A stretch of DNA of 64,000 nt from Ginglymostoma cirratum (taxonomy: Eukaryota). The stretch lies in contig JAHRHZ010000019.1 of the NCBI GenBank assembly GCA_024137785.1, forward strand, positions 44,489,624 through 44,553,623, given 5' to 3'. A program made the translations under genes and the position numbers. Of this stretch, positions 1 through 13,688 are shown piece after piece. Numbering within the stretch: the first letter of the stretch is position 1; each line of letters starts with the position of its first letter. The notes under the pieces are model-generated. The model saw only the letters and a program-made list of their open reading frames with translations. It did no database searches and was not told the DNA's origin.

Positions 1-229
1 AGTTATCAAAGAAAGAATAAAAACAGGCATAAATTTGAGGATAATACTGAAAATTACTACCTATTAGACGTACTCAGTAGAAAACACATCAGTAACATAT
101 GACCTAATGTAGGAGGTGTCATTATGATACAAACTTTATATCCACGTGCAAGACCTCAAATATATAACAAGGGATGGATGTGCACACCCAAAAATAAGTC
201 TGGAGCCAAATTCTGCACAGCACTGACTG

Positions 230-856
230 TCAAACAATGACAGAAATTGTTGGAAAAACTCAGCAAGTCTAGCAGCATCTGTGAAGAGAAAGTAGGGTTA
301 ATGATTCAAGTCTAGTGAACCATCTTCCGAAGAAGGAAAAAATGGTATATATTTTGAATACAGGGGAGGGGAGGGGGAAGGAGAGAATGGACAGGCAAAC
401 ATGGAGCCCAGAGGGAGAGAACGATAGTTGGGGAAACAAAGGAATAGATGATAGTCCGCCAGGGAGAAGAAAGGCTTATAATGGAGAATGTAAGTAGGTG
501 AAAATGCCAGTACTAAAAGCCGGCCATGTCATGGTAGGGCCTGGGGTTTGGGTGTGGGAAAAGGACACAGAAGAGTGTGTTCAGGCCCTAAAATTATTGA
601 ACTTTACATTGAGTTCTGAAGGCTGCAGGGACCCCAGGCAGAAAATTAGACACTTTTCTTCTAGCTCACACTTAGCCTCACTGGAGCACTGAAGCAGGTG
701 CCGACCCTGTTGGCCAGGGAACACAGTGATGTGTTGAAGTGGCAGAAAACTGGAAACTCAGGATCATTTTTGTGGGGAGAACATAAGCGTCCTGTAAAGT
801 GGTCTCCCAGTCTGCATTCCGTCTCCGCGATGTAGAAGAGACCACACTGTGGGTTA
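230..856 (-). mobile_element. Degraded Penelope-like element, 3' part (GIY-YIG region and terminal repeat)
   Basis: Minus strand near 790-852 translates PQCGLFYIAETECRLGDHFTG, the same motif as the GIY-YIG ORF near 53500. The terminal motif ggaaaaactcagcaagtctagcagcatctgtg lies at about 250-285. Confidence 0.7.
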
Positions 857-3509
857 ATGATGAATTAACATGACTGGTCTCACCGGATTTCAAACAAACT
901 AACACGATATATCCTTCATGAATGGTGACAACGCAAATCTATGAAGGACCCCGGAAATATTCACAACTGGCAAAATAATTGGAAATTAAGAACTTTTCCA
1001 TTTCCCTACTTGAAACCAATCCTTTAAATTGTAACTAACATGAATTTAGAAAAGGCTTGTGAGGCCTTTGATATTCTTCTCAAACAAGTGACATCTCAAA
1101 TATTGAAATAACAAGGAGTGAGGATAAATGATTTAGTTGTAATAGCGTAGGCTCAGCCAGTATTAAATTCTGAGCTCACCTGCAGTCCATTTGTTAGCAT
1201 CCTAACCAAAACTGATCGGAAAAGGCAACTGAATGGCCAGCCAATTAAACTAAAGAAGTGGTCACTGGCATTGAGGTAATTTGTTGGGGCGGAAGGTTTC
1301 AGGAAGATTTTGCAATGGGAAAATGATGTGAGGTGGGACTGCAGTTTAAAGTTTTCTCAAGGGAGCCAGACAAGGGAAAGTAAAAATATTTTAATGGCCC
1401 AGATTTTTCAATGGTCAACCAGTTGTTCCTGCAGCATGGATGGGAGTTGTATGTCACAATCACGTAAAATCCCCAACATAGCAGACTTCGACGGAATTGC
1501 CAGGGAAATTGAAGATTACGATAGAGCTCTGTGAATGTATCAATGAAAATCGGAAAATTCAATGGGTTCAGCTGAAGTAAACAGTTACCCAGGAAAAATT
1601 ACACAATTAAATACATAAATACCCTAACTCCCAGGTAACTATTAAACTGACCCACAACTTACTACACACACCCCAAAAATTAAAGAACCCAAGGCCCCAT
1701 ACACACCACAGATCCGACTTCTCCACTCTGTCGCCCAGGATATGACAATTATTCACTTTCCCTGTGAACTGATATCATCCCTTCTGTGCTGTTGGACCCA
1801 ACAACGTCCAACACCACTGGGATCCAACAGGCCTCTTACCTCTCCAGGATATGTTAGAGCCAGCCCTGCTGGGAACAAACATCTCACCTCTGCTGGACAT
1901 GATATTTTCTGATCACCCCTACCTACTCTGATTACTCTATAACTTGCTTGTCCCAACTTCTACCTTGCACCCTAGCATGGTACACATCTAGCACCCTATC
2001 ATCAGGGTACCCTGCTGGCCTGGCACCGGAGTAATCTACCCACTTCATACCTGGCACTCTAACAAACTGGCATGCTTTCCTCCTGCTAGCCTAACTTACT
2101 TTTCATGCTTGCATACTTTCACAGAAGCTATAAAAGGAATTGTCTGTGTGCTGGATCTTTAATTAATCGCATACAGCAACTGGCTGCTATGTAAAAGGGG
2201 CCTTGTTTCAATTTCTCGAAATTATCCTGCACAGAGTGATCTGTCATATTTAAAGTATGTCCTACATTTCTCAAGGACCCCTGGTCAGAATCTCCTGCAA
2301 GAAATATGGAGCTCTGACTTAACATTAAAAAAAAACCCCATTAAGGATCAGAGTGTGGTTGTCACTCCTCAGGTAATCTAGCCCAAAATGTGTTTTAACC
2401 TCTTCCCACAAAGGCTTCCCATCTCAGGCCGCAGTTAAAATTGCAACTGAAGCAAATGATGCATTGGACTCTGACTTGTATTTTGATAGACACTGTCTGC
2501 TTTATGTGTGAGGGTAGCTAGCTGATCGGGAAGTTGGCTAACATAGGAGGAAGTAGGATTGTTGGTGGATGTTGATGCACAAATCACCTGAATGATTTTA
2601 CTGAGTACCTGCTTGGTTTGATCCAGTTAAAGGTTCCCAGATGTGCTGAGTCGAGTGGAGTTCTTTAGGTAGTTCAATGGATAAATAATCACCAGACTCA
2701 GGCATGTCTACAAGAACGCGGCAGCAGGTAGGGACTCTGTAACAAGTGACTCATCCAGTGACCTTGCAAACAGAGGTCAAATCAAGAATGTGACAGAATA
2801 TGACTGCATTAAAATTGCATTTTTTTGAGGCATTAAGTAATGATAGACACTCAACCTGTTCTGCCTCGAGGAATTGAGAATAGACGATCAATCTGGAGGA
2901 TCAGATGATAGTTGATTTCTTCAACTTTTATTTTATCTTTAAATCCATGCGACAGTTTGGGCAGACTGCATTGTCAGTAATTCAGCAACTATTTGAGCCA
3001 CATTCCTGTTTCTTCCAGGATCTGCTCAAACATTGAAAAAGCATCTTTCCTGGTGATAGGCAAAAGGCATAAATGTTTCATAATCTGCTATGTTAATAGC
3101 TTCGCGTCAGAGTATTTGCAATTACAGCAACAAACCTCCAGCAAGTTTTAACCAATACTGAAAATAAATCATGTGCTGTTTCAAACAATGTGACTCAGCA
3201 GTACATAAAGTACTGAACGTGGTTCACAGTGACAAATATTTCCAGAAGTAATGAATGGCTGTCAGGATCGGTGTCGACTGCAACATTGCATAATTTTAGC
3301 CCATTTTCTCATGATATCTAAGCCTATAACGGACTGACCTTTCTGTCTCTATTCAGTGCAACTGTTAATGACTCCCTTGTACCCTAGATTCTGTCACCAC
3401 GGTCAGACATATGGTTGCCAAGCTATGTAAAAACTGCTGTCAATCAAACATCAAACAATGATACATTCTTTGGAACTAATAATGGGTAATCACTTGTCCT
3501 GTAGAATTT

Positions 3510-3700
3510 GAGATAACAATCGTGGGGCTGGATGAACACAGCAGGTCAAGCAGCATCATAGGAGCAGGAAAACTTGACGTTTCGGGCCTAAACCCTTCAT
3601 CAGAAATGGGGGAGGGGAAGAGGGTTCTGAAATAAATAGGGAGAGAGGGGGAGGCGGATAGAGGATGGATAGAGGAGAGGATAGGTGGAGAGGAGGCAGA
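3510..3700 (-). mobile_element. Penelope-like element terminal (pLTR) fragment with hammerhead motif
   Basis: Nearly identical to 52881-53070. Confidence 0.85.
3572..3607 (-). ncRNA. Minimal type I hammerhead ribozyme motif, intact core
   Basis: Minus strand: attt-CTGATGA-a-gggt-ttag-gccc-GAAA-cg-TC-aagt. Helix I is attt/aagt, helix II is gggt/gccc, and stem III is the palindrome ACGT. Confidence 0.7.
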
Positions 3701-5047
3701 TTGAATAATGAGAAAAGAATAAAGAAACCAGAGTTTAAAAAAATAGAAACATTTCAGAACAGCTGACTTCATTCCAAGGCACTGGTCTATGTTTGCCAAA
3801 ATAATGCACTCACACCCAGAATTCGACACATAATAACTTCCTCATTTTAGAGGCCCGGTCTTTCTCCACAGGGAGGAAGGGACGGAAAGCAAAGTATCAA
3901 GCTCCTCCAGGCACTTTTCAAATGATTCTTAGCAGCTGGGTGAGAATACCCATCAACAGTCGCCTGGGAACAAATTGCCTGCCTGCTTTCTCAAGCAGGA
4001 AATGATGCAAGACAGCTGGGGAAGCTAACACTTGGGAGCAAATAAAAACACTCGAGCCTTGAAGAAGCTTGTGGAATATTAGCACATGACTGCTGAACAC
4101 ATTTTTATCAAACTGCTTTGTTGTTATTTAATTGAGGCATTAACCTGCTCAAAATAAATGGGTCAGCCCCTTCGTTAAAATGGTTGTCAAAGGAATTTCA
4201 CACCAGACGTTTAGAAGTAAATGGTTTAAAAACCTTGGAAACAAGTTAAAATATTTTAACAAGTATGGCCCCATTCATCCAATACGAAAACTCGATGTGG
4301 AGTGAGGGCACAGGGCCGGTCAGGGATGGGGTGGGGATGGTTGGTACATGTGAAAATGTAAAAGTAAACAAATTAAAGTGAGAACTCTTTTTACCAATAA
4401 TAGCTCAGGCTATTGCTGTGTCAAAACAGAGAACAGCTAGCCTCTCGCTATTAATCACTGCAGGCTATCTTGAAATTACACGCTGCACAAATGGAGCTTA
4501 AAAATAATCCAGGCCTTTAAAATATAATAAAGGAGAATATTCATGTAATATTTATTCTCTTTATTTCAATAAGCTCAAAGCCTACATCACTAGATATCTA
4601 AGATAAAACTAGGGATCTGAAGAACACAATGACTAATATTAAATAGATCTATATTTTATCAGGGCACATATATAACAAGTTTTTTTGAATAAAGAAGAAA
4701 TCATGAAGTACAGGACTAGTTCACACGCTGGAAATGTGTTTTTAACTCAATAAATATGAAAAATAATAGTTTGAAAAATTCAATCTTGATAGTTTGGGAT
4801 TCAAAACAGGAAATTAAATGGCTAGTTAGCTATGATTTGACATAGAAACTAACTGCTAAATGAACAAAGCACTCTCACTTGCAGTGGACAATTCAATTAG
4901 ATGGATCAGAATGATACTTCAGTTCTGACAATCCACATATTAATGTCTTTTTTCACGTAGTGTTAACACAAACAACATGACAAATACCGCAACGGTCTTG
5001 AGTGTCCCTAGAAAGTGAATGGTTGGGGCTAAGGAACATAAAAGTGA

Positions 5048-5420
5048 TCAGAGATAAAAGGTACTGCAGATGCTGGAGAATCCGAGATAACAAGGCGTGG
5101 GGCTGGATGAACACAGCAGGCCAAGCAGCATCATAGGAGCAGGAAAGCTTGACATTTCGGGCCTAGACCCTTCATCAGAAATGGGGGAGGGGAAGAGGGT
5201 TCTGAAATAAGTAGGGAGAGACGGGGAGGCGGATAGAGGATGGATAGAGGAGAGGATAGGTGGAGAGGAGGCAGACATGTCGAAGAGGCAGGGATGGAGC
5301 CAGTAAAAGGTGAGTGTAGGTGGGGGGGTAGGGAGGAGATAGGTCAGTCCAGGGAGGACGGACAGGTCAAGGGGGCAGGATGATGTTAGTAGATAGGAGA
5401 TGGGGGTGGGGCTTGAGGTG
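5048..5420 (-). mobile_element. Penelope-derived ~370-bp unit with hammerhead motif (stem III variant GAAATGTC)
   Basis: Highly similar to 52881-53215 and to the reverse complement of 46183-46549. Flanked by the near-duplication cataaaagtga (5037-5047) / cataaagtga (5422-5431). Confidence 0.85.
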
Positions 5421-7999
5421 GCATAAAGTGACCTCCTTTTCACACCAGCTGAATAAAAGTTTGGGCTAGGCTACACCATGTCTGCACAATTTTGTACCCT
5501 GATGGATGCTCAAGTTTCACAATCCTTCGGATAACTAGGTAGTCAGGGCCCACACTAATATCCAAACATACACCAGCTCAACCTAAGACAAAATAATATG
5601 CTGTCAACCACACATATATCTCTCGTTGCCTACACATAGCCTCCAGTGGTTCAGCCAGGATAGACGCCTTGCCCAAAGCAATATCCCTGACATTTTGTCC
5701 TTTCTTGGCCCTGTTGAACTATGAAATCACTATTAGCGTGAGGTCTGACATGATGAATAAATGATGGTGTGAACAGATGTGTCTTGCTTCCCAACTCACC
5801 CACTTTCTTTCTTATTCCACTCTGCCCTTTCTGACACTAAGGAGCAGTCCTGCAGACCAAGGAGAAACAGAGAGAATAATAATGCAGCACCGATGTAAAG
5901 GCCATGTCAAAGATCTGTGACACCTAACTATCGTTCAGATAGCACTACACACATTTTGGAGGTTAGGGTAGAGTCGAAATCAGTATTTGGTAATCTAAGT
6001 CAGTCAATAAGAATAAGCTGCAGCGTTGCCACGAGTAAAGGTCAGTTTGTTTGCTCACTCACAAAGTTGTAGATGAGCTCTGCTGCAGAGGGCCGAAACT
6101 AGGCTCTCCATGGGGTGGTATACAGGAGTACTATATAAGCAAGTACTCCAATACAGTGGGAACATTGCTTGATCTTGACAGGAGGCTGTCTAGTAATCTA
6201 AGAGAATGTAGGAGCTCTGTTCTATCTTGGCAGAACAGGTATCATCTCCACCCTGTAAGGAACTCTTTATTTAACTTCCTGAGATGTTGTAGACCCAGAA
6301 GCCCTATCATTGCAGCCTCTCCTAACTATTGCAGTCTTCTCTGTATAAACAGCTCACTTCCTCTGTCGAATAAAGATACATCAGGAGAGTTTATAAAGAT
6401 GATGATCATGATCATGATAATGGTATGTGCACTTGGTGTTAGTATCACATGATTATGTAGGTAGATCAGCAAGGAGGCAGAAACACGACCAGAGTGTGAG
6501 AGAATAAATTTATCTACTATGTTGCAAATGAAGAGTTTTAAGGATAGAACCCCCAAGGTGTAGTACTCAGGCGATTAAAACTAGTTAGACCCCATTCACA
6601 TGATAAAACACAGTGGCAGTGGGAAAAGCAGTGGAAAAGGCAGCAAAGTATAAAAGTGGTATTGATTCCAGCTATTGAAGTATAGCTGATTGTCAAAAAT
6701 GAACAGAAAAGAATTTTTCAAGACAAACCTGGAAGTTGGGGATGTCAAGAGCACAGCAAAAGTTTGACCCACGGATCAGACAAATACTAACTGAAGCAAC
6801 AGACAGCAGGACTAGCACTGTGTGATGGATTGATTGTGAGTTCCAAGACATATCTCTCTCCATATTCTCACCATCTTTCAATATAATCTATCCCTTTTTT
6901 TAAACATTGGTGGCAAGTTTCCCCACTCCCTCTGTTGGTGGACTTTGATTGTGTAAAAGCCACCACAAACACGTTGTGAGCAAATTCGAAGCAAGATTTA
7001 TTTTGTACAATCTCAGACATGATGGGGTGGGGGTGGTCTACTTTGCAATGCTGTCATACTTTGAAATACACACAAGGAGAACTGAATCGAAAATGATAAA
7101 GGCATTTTTCAGCTAGCAACAAACTGAGGACAAAACAACCAAAGGATACAAATTTATCCAAGTTATTTTTTAAAGTTCAAAGAAGCCCAAAGCTTGAGTT
7201 AGCATCTGGAATTCCCTTGTGGGGTGGTTAGTTGGTTAGTCAGCAGTTCAGGAGTCATAGACAGTTTCTCCTCTTTAAAATTTCTTCAAAGGTCTTCTGA
7301 GGAATATTGCTGAAATGTAATATCTGTTTTGCTGTTTGTTGAAAGAAAGTTGATTATTCACAGAGAGAACAAATACAGGTTGTTGGCTTTTTTTTAATAT
7401 GCCAGAGACTTTTTCTTTGCAGCCTGGAGTTAGGGGCTTTGATGTTGTGATTTTGATGTTGTCAAAAAACAATGCTGACCCTTTAGATATTTCAAACTTG
7501 CATGGTTAAAAAGTAGTTGAATTTGGCACTGTGAGAATCATTTGGCCAATCCTCCTGGAGTATTTTTTTGGGCTGGGGAGGAGAATACTACGGAGACAAA
7601 GGCTTACATTGTCAACTTCTATGGCAGTTTGTAACATAATGGTATGCATTTCAGTACCATTATGAGGTATGTTTTGCCTTCTGAAAAACTTCTGGAAGGT
7701 TATCTCTAAGTCCAGTCATGTGATTATAACAACCACCTTTATTCGGCCGTCTAATGTATTTTTAAAACCAGACACTATGCATCCAGATATGTTTTCAAGT
7801 TAGTTTTTACCCTGTGACACAGAACCACAGTCAGGCTAATTTGCCAGTCCCAGAGCCATTGCAAGCAATTGATAGACCACAGCAAAGCCAGGAATGAAGG
7901 GTTTGGAAGATAAGATTTACAAGGGATGCTACAGCTTCAGGTTTAAACAAGAATCAGCAAACGGACCAGGTTAAGGGGCCCATCTTGAACATTGTAATT

Positions 8000-9691
8000 G
8001 TATGATTGTAAGAATGAAAATATTGTGTCCTATGTAGAAGTATATAGTATACGTACTTCAGTGTGAGAACAAATTTAATAATACAGCATGGTAAATCTAA
8101 TCAGAGAAACAAAATCCTGGAGAAAGCATGGATTTGTTCATAAACGATCTCTCCAGACTGAAAGAATATTGTGCATACAAAAGCTGAAGGCAAAATTAAT
8201 GTGTGACTGAATCATGGTCAGGGTTTCAGATGACACCTCATTAGACCTTATTACCAGCCAGGCAGGATCTGATACTAGAAAAAGCAGGGCAGAGCACAAG
8301 GGAAGTAAAGGCAGAACAGGGATTTTGATCAAAGAGAAAGTGAAGAGCCGGGGAGAAACTCATAAAGTATAAAGTCTTCAGGAAAGAAGGTAGTGAACAC
8401 CAAAATGGAAACAAAAACTCCACCACTATCTTGAATTGTCTATTATATACAGGGAAGAAAGCACCACAAGTGGTAGAATTGTGCACAATGCATAAATTGC
8501 AGGAGAGTGGGACATTTTTGAAAACTCTGCAGAATCCCATATAGAATATAGAGGATAAACAGAGAAATCCTGTGAATCTATAGCATGCCCAGAAAACATC
8601 AGAAAACCAGAAAAAATAACAATAATGGGAATAATCAATTACTCCGTGAATGAGTAGTGGAGTGTTCAACATGAAGGCAACAGACAAACCATGATGTTTA
8701 AATTAGACACCAGGCTGGAAATCTCATTTTTATCACTCCAGGTTAAATGGATTAAAAAAGATTAAGTTGCAGCCAGTATAAATGAAAATTCAGGATGTGG
8801 AGATACATCATTGAGCATAAAAGGACAACACACAATAAAGCTCAGTTAAAAGGGAAAATAACTCACTGAATTTCTTTATTTAGAATCATGAATGTTCCCT
8901 ATTAAGCAGGAAGGCATGTTCAAACCTGAAATCAATTCATGAAGCCAACAAGGTTGCAGGCCAAGGAAATGAATTTCCAAGATTGTTCACAGGTTTAGGG
9001 AAATTGAAGACAGAGTATTGTGTTACTCTGAGGGACACTGCAAAACCATTTGCGTGTACGTATCAAGGAAAATGCTGCATCCACTTTTTGATAGGCATAA
9101 AGAAGAAATAGATTACATGCTCAGACAAAGAACAATTTCCACACGTATGGTACAGATGTGATGGTGTTCACGAATAGTTACAGCAAGAAAACCAAAAGGT
9201 TTCAGTACCAAAGAATTTCTGTGGAGCTAGTTCAACTGAATAAAGCAGTGGGATGTGAGATTTATCCAACAGTGGTTGAAAATGTGATGACAACTAGCCA
9301 AAAATGCCCTATGCACCAAACGGGATGTGAACAATAAATTTCAGCAATTCTGATTTGATGAAGACTCTAGAAAGCTGACAACTTTTATTTCACCAATCAG
9401 GCATTATGGCTTTATTAGATTATCCTTTGGAATAGCATCCATATCAAACATTTTTCAAAGATTATTAAATGTATTGGAAGGCGGTGATGTGGTCATATGC
9501 CACATGAACGTGCTAGTATAGTACGTCACAAAAGAAGAACATGACCAAAGAGTTAGAACACTTATAATGTTGCAAATAAAGAGTTTTAAGGAAAGAACCT
9601 TAGACTCAAGAAGCAGTTTTGGGAAACTGAAGCTACTTAGGTTGCGTACACACAATAAACATTCATTATCCTTGCTGTAAGGGTGCACCAA
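8000..9691 (+). mobile_element. Decayed Ty3/Gypsy LTR retrotransposon (gag-protease-RT remnants)
   Basis: Protease-like FKLDTRLEI near 8697-8725. RT motifs HYGFIRLSFGIASISNIFQR (~9402-9460) and DVVICHMNVLV*YVTKEEHDQRVR (~9487-9557). Many stops and frameshifts; boundaries approximate. Confidence 0.75.
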
Positions 9692-9961
9692 CACTCTGTC
9701 AAAGACAGGAACTCACTAGGACATCTCCAAGCACATCCTGAGATTAATTCTTAATATTTTGCAATAGCAGATTTTCTAAATCAACTTGCCAACAAGTGTG
9801 TTCCTGGCCCTTTAATTGGTGTTGTAAAACTCAGCACCTTGTGTGACGATTCAATGGACCTGCATGTTTCAACTTAGAAAGTTAATTATGACATCTGTCA
9901 ACAGGGCTATGTAACATCATAACAGTGTAACAGTTGCTTCTGGTGCGCTTAAGCCATACTG

Positions 9962-10300
9962 AGGAGGCGATGGCATGTTGGTATTATCACCAGATTATTA
10001 ATCAAGAGTCCCAGATAATGACCTGGGTTTAATACTATCATGGTAGAATTTGAATTCAATAAAAAAAAAATCTGGAATTAAGGGTCGAATGATGACCATT
10101 AATCCATCATCAATTGTCAGGAGAAACCCATCTGGTTCACTAATGCCCTTTAGGGAAGGAAACTGCCATCCTTACCTGGTCTGTCCTACATGTGAATCCA
10201 GACCCACAGCAATGTGTTTGACTCTTAACTACCCTCTGGTAATTAGGGAAGAGCAATAAATGCCAGCCTAGCTAGTGATGCCTTTGAATGAATAAACAAA
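9962..10300 (+). mobile_element. Shark SINE with LINE-derived 3' tail
   Basis: Matches the reverse complement of 59783-60122. Its tail (gcaataaatgccagcctagctagtgatgcc...tgaatgaataaa) resembles the 3' end of the LINE at 54900-55362. Confidence 0.7.
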
Positions 10301-13300
10301 AACCCCATTCAAGTGTCCTTCACAAGAGGAAATATAGCAGGGGACAATCCAAAATGTAATGTCCTCTCCAGCGATATTTCAAAAAAGACGTTCAGAATCT
10401 TTAAATCCAATCAGCAACACTGTAAGGACTGAAAATACATGGTCCTACTTAAAAATTTCAGTCTTAACTCCTAAATATAATTCCCACTTTTGTTTTCTAA
10501 TGTAAACTTACAGGAAAGTTGCAAGGATTTCTAGACAGGTGGGGTGGAACTCATTTTTTAAGAAGGGACAGCATGGTCAGCCATTATCCGCATAACAGCT
10601 CAGATTTTCTCATTGTTACTATTGAAGTAACATGCATGGACGGCACTGTAAACAGTCTGCAGCACTGTCTGCCCTGGAATCAATATGGTTTGCATAGCAA
10701 TGTTTTAAATATGAGCCAGTATGCAAACTATCTTTTCCTTCTTGATCGCTCATTTAGCTGGGAGTTTAGTGACAATTTTAAAATGATACAGATGCTGTAT
10801 GATTAGATTGTATAAAATAAAAGAAACGGATCACAATTCCTCGAACCATGAGAACTGAACAGAAATACATGAAGGTGATAACAGTAACTATATTCAGATG
10901 AGGGAGAATAAAGGCATTAAAAACAATACAAGCTATAAGCTTGTGAACAATTTTCTGGAGGTGGAAGAATTGATAAAAGAGATGACATCTGGCTTCTAAT
11001 TTGCAACCATCATGTAACACTGTTTGTGACTAATGATCAATTTCATATCCATTAAGAGGAAATTTCAATATGATGGCAAAGCACTTTAAAATGGCAAAAA
11101 GCCATCTCTGATTTACAATTAAACTTAAAGTCAAATATTGATCAAATGAAAAATAATGTCACCACCACTTGTGTTGTGAGCAGAGTACACAAATGGAAAG
11201 CCATTAAATGCACAACTGAAATGAATTGTGAAGTAAAGTAAAACAGCCCAGCATCAGCCGAAAGCAGTTGTTAGGCACTTCTTGTGTGTGGACTTAATCA
11301 ACAGCTTACTATTGAGCATCTCACTTTTTAACAAACATTTTTATATGCTTAAAATATTTTCTTGCATTTCACTGATGTCTCATGACCTCTGAACATATTT
11401 TTAATGGCTCACTCTACATACAAACCCTAGTTTTTGTTATGTTCCCTGAAATAACAATGTTCATTTTATATTATTTCACAATTGGATTGCACCGGGATTG
11501 TTTACATAATTGTGTTGCACAGCTTCATATTTTTTCCAAACTAGACTTTAAATAAAATATATATTTTGAAGAATCATTTCATCAACATTAGTCCAGAGAC
11601 AGTAATTTGCTAATACATTGATACATTTTGTAGTTCTATTGTCCATAGGGATGGCTGCTCAGATTCTGCCAAACTACTCTCAGCCTGGCTAATACTTTGA
11701 TTTATTTAAGGAAATACCAAGCCATGATCTGTGAAGTTGATGGAACTTTGAAATACAATCTGGCAACGCAGTTGAGTTGTGAGGTGCTGCCTGAATGCAT
11801 AGTGCAATGAATATCTCACCTCTGCAGCATTTTGTAGAGGACAACCATCTTCTCAAGGAAACAAAATGTATACAAGAGACAATTGTCATTAAATACCCTG
11901 TAAGCTTTTAAGTGATTCAGGAGGCCTGAGTTCAAGTTCCATTTGTTCCAGAGGTGTGCCATTACATCGCTGAACAGGTTGATTAGAAAATACAATGAAG
12001 TGAAAAGCTTACAGCATAACTCTTAACAGCAAGTGACCCACCTGCATTCTTCGTTCGCAAGGTCAGAAGAAGAGAAAATCAGTAGAAAAGTTAATAATAT
12101 AAGTATTATAACTTCAATCTTCTGATTTTGGGCAAAAACTTAAATTGGTACCGAAATTTAAAAATCCATGGCTTAATCTGTCTCTAATAAATCACTCCGC
12201 AAATAGAGGGGTAAGCCAAAGTCAGTTAAATTTTGCTAAGCGTTTAGGATCAGCATTTTCCTCGTACAACAATTCCAATTTTAATTTAAGCAAATGACAT
12301 GTAGGGTAGGAGGAATATCTGCAGAGAATCTGCAACACGATATCCACATTATTTACATTAATACCTACATAAGAGATATATGTATACACACGTGTGTGTG
12401 GGTGTGTATGCATATACAGGTATACATACAGTATATATCTAAAATAGTATATGATATCTTAGGTATGTTTATATAACAAGTGATGTGATTATTGTTCATG
12501 TCGTGTGGAAACAGAAGGCTAGTTACTGAAGAGCTTGAATCTGGAGGGGACAGGATTTGAGTGAGACATTCGGCAACTTGGGAACAAGTCAAAGAGAAGT
12601 AATATTTTAGAGAACACTGAATTTTTGTGACAGACAACACATGGGACTTCAAAATCAGCTCAAGATCAAGCAGGACTTTGAAGTATGCTGAGCATTGGTT
12701 GTGGAGTTGAAAGGGAAGCCAATGAGATAAAACCGGATACAATTAGTTTAGATATAGAAGCAGTTTGAGTGCTTGTGGATAATATCACTGACTGACAGAA
12801 TACAAGTGAAGCACTGACAAGGGTCAACACAGAAGCTTGAAGTGTATGATTGGTACTTTGCATGCCAGCAAAGACAAATTATTGCAGAAGGTGTGAACGG
12901 TTCTGCTTACAAAATAGATCACATAGTCCTTACAATCTGTGGAAAATCTTAATAGAAGTTGAACTGTCAAAATATTGAGTACCCACCAACTTAGGGTTTT
13001 TCTTTCTAGCTGTGTAAATAAATTTGCATTCAAACACAATAGTTAAAGGTAGTTATTTTTGCCCCACACATTTCTATTTCTGATCGTGAAATATGACAGC
13101 AGCACTGGTATTTTCAGTGGTCTTAGAGATGAAGAGGATGCCAGTAATTTAACTGCCAAAGGGAAGGAGAGTTCAATGGTCAGCTGTTAAAGCAAGATTT
13201 TTTTAATAACAAGATAATTTCAATTCCTTAGGTTTTACAAAGGGTTGATCTTCTACAGTAATCCAGCAATTCTTCTTCATGAGTTTTCTGTCTCGAGACA

Positions 13301-13363
13301 CACAATGTCACAACTTCCCCCACATGTAGGCCAGGGAGGCAGGTCCTGAATCCACCCCAGCTG

Positions 13364-13688
13364 GAATCACAGAATCCTTACAGTGTGGAAACAGGCCCTA
13401 TGGCCCAACAAGTCCACACCGAACCTCACAGCATCCCACCCAGACCCATCCCCTTATAACCCACCTAATCTATACATCCCTGAACACTATGGGCAATTTA
13501 GCATGGCCAGTCTACCTAGCCTGCACACCTTTGGACCATGGGAGGAAACCAGAGCACCCAGCGGAAACCCACGCAGACAAGGGGAGAATGTGCAAACTCC
13601 ACACAGACAGTCACCCAAGGGTGGAATAGAACCCGGGTCCCTAGTGCTGTGAGGCAGCAGTGCTAATCACTGAGCCACCATACCACCC
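13364..13688 (-). mobile_element. HE1-type tRNA-derived V-SINE
   Basis: Reverse complement shows A box tggtggctcagtga, B box gggttctattcc, and the V-domain gtggagtttgcacattctcccc...gggtgctctggtttcctccc. Matches 37996-38314. Confidence 0.88.

Noticed and set aside
6395-6425. gatgatgatcatgatcatgataatg as a His-rich beta-exon sequence
   Set aside because: The His-rich frame stops shortly afterwards and has no splice donor or signal peptide. It is a low-complexity repeat.
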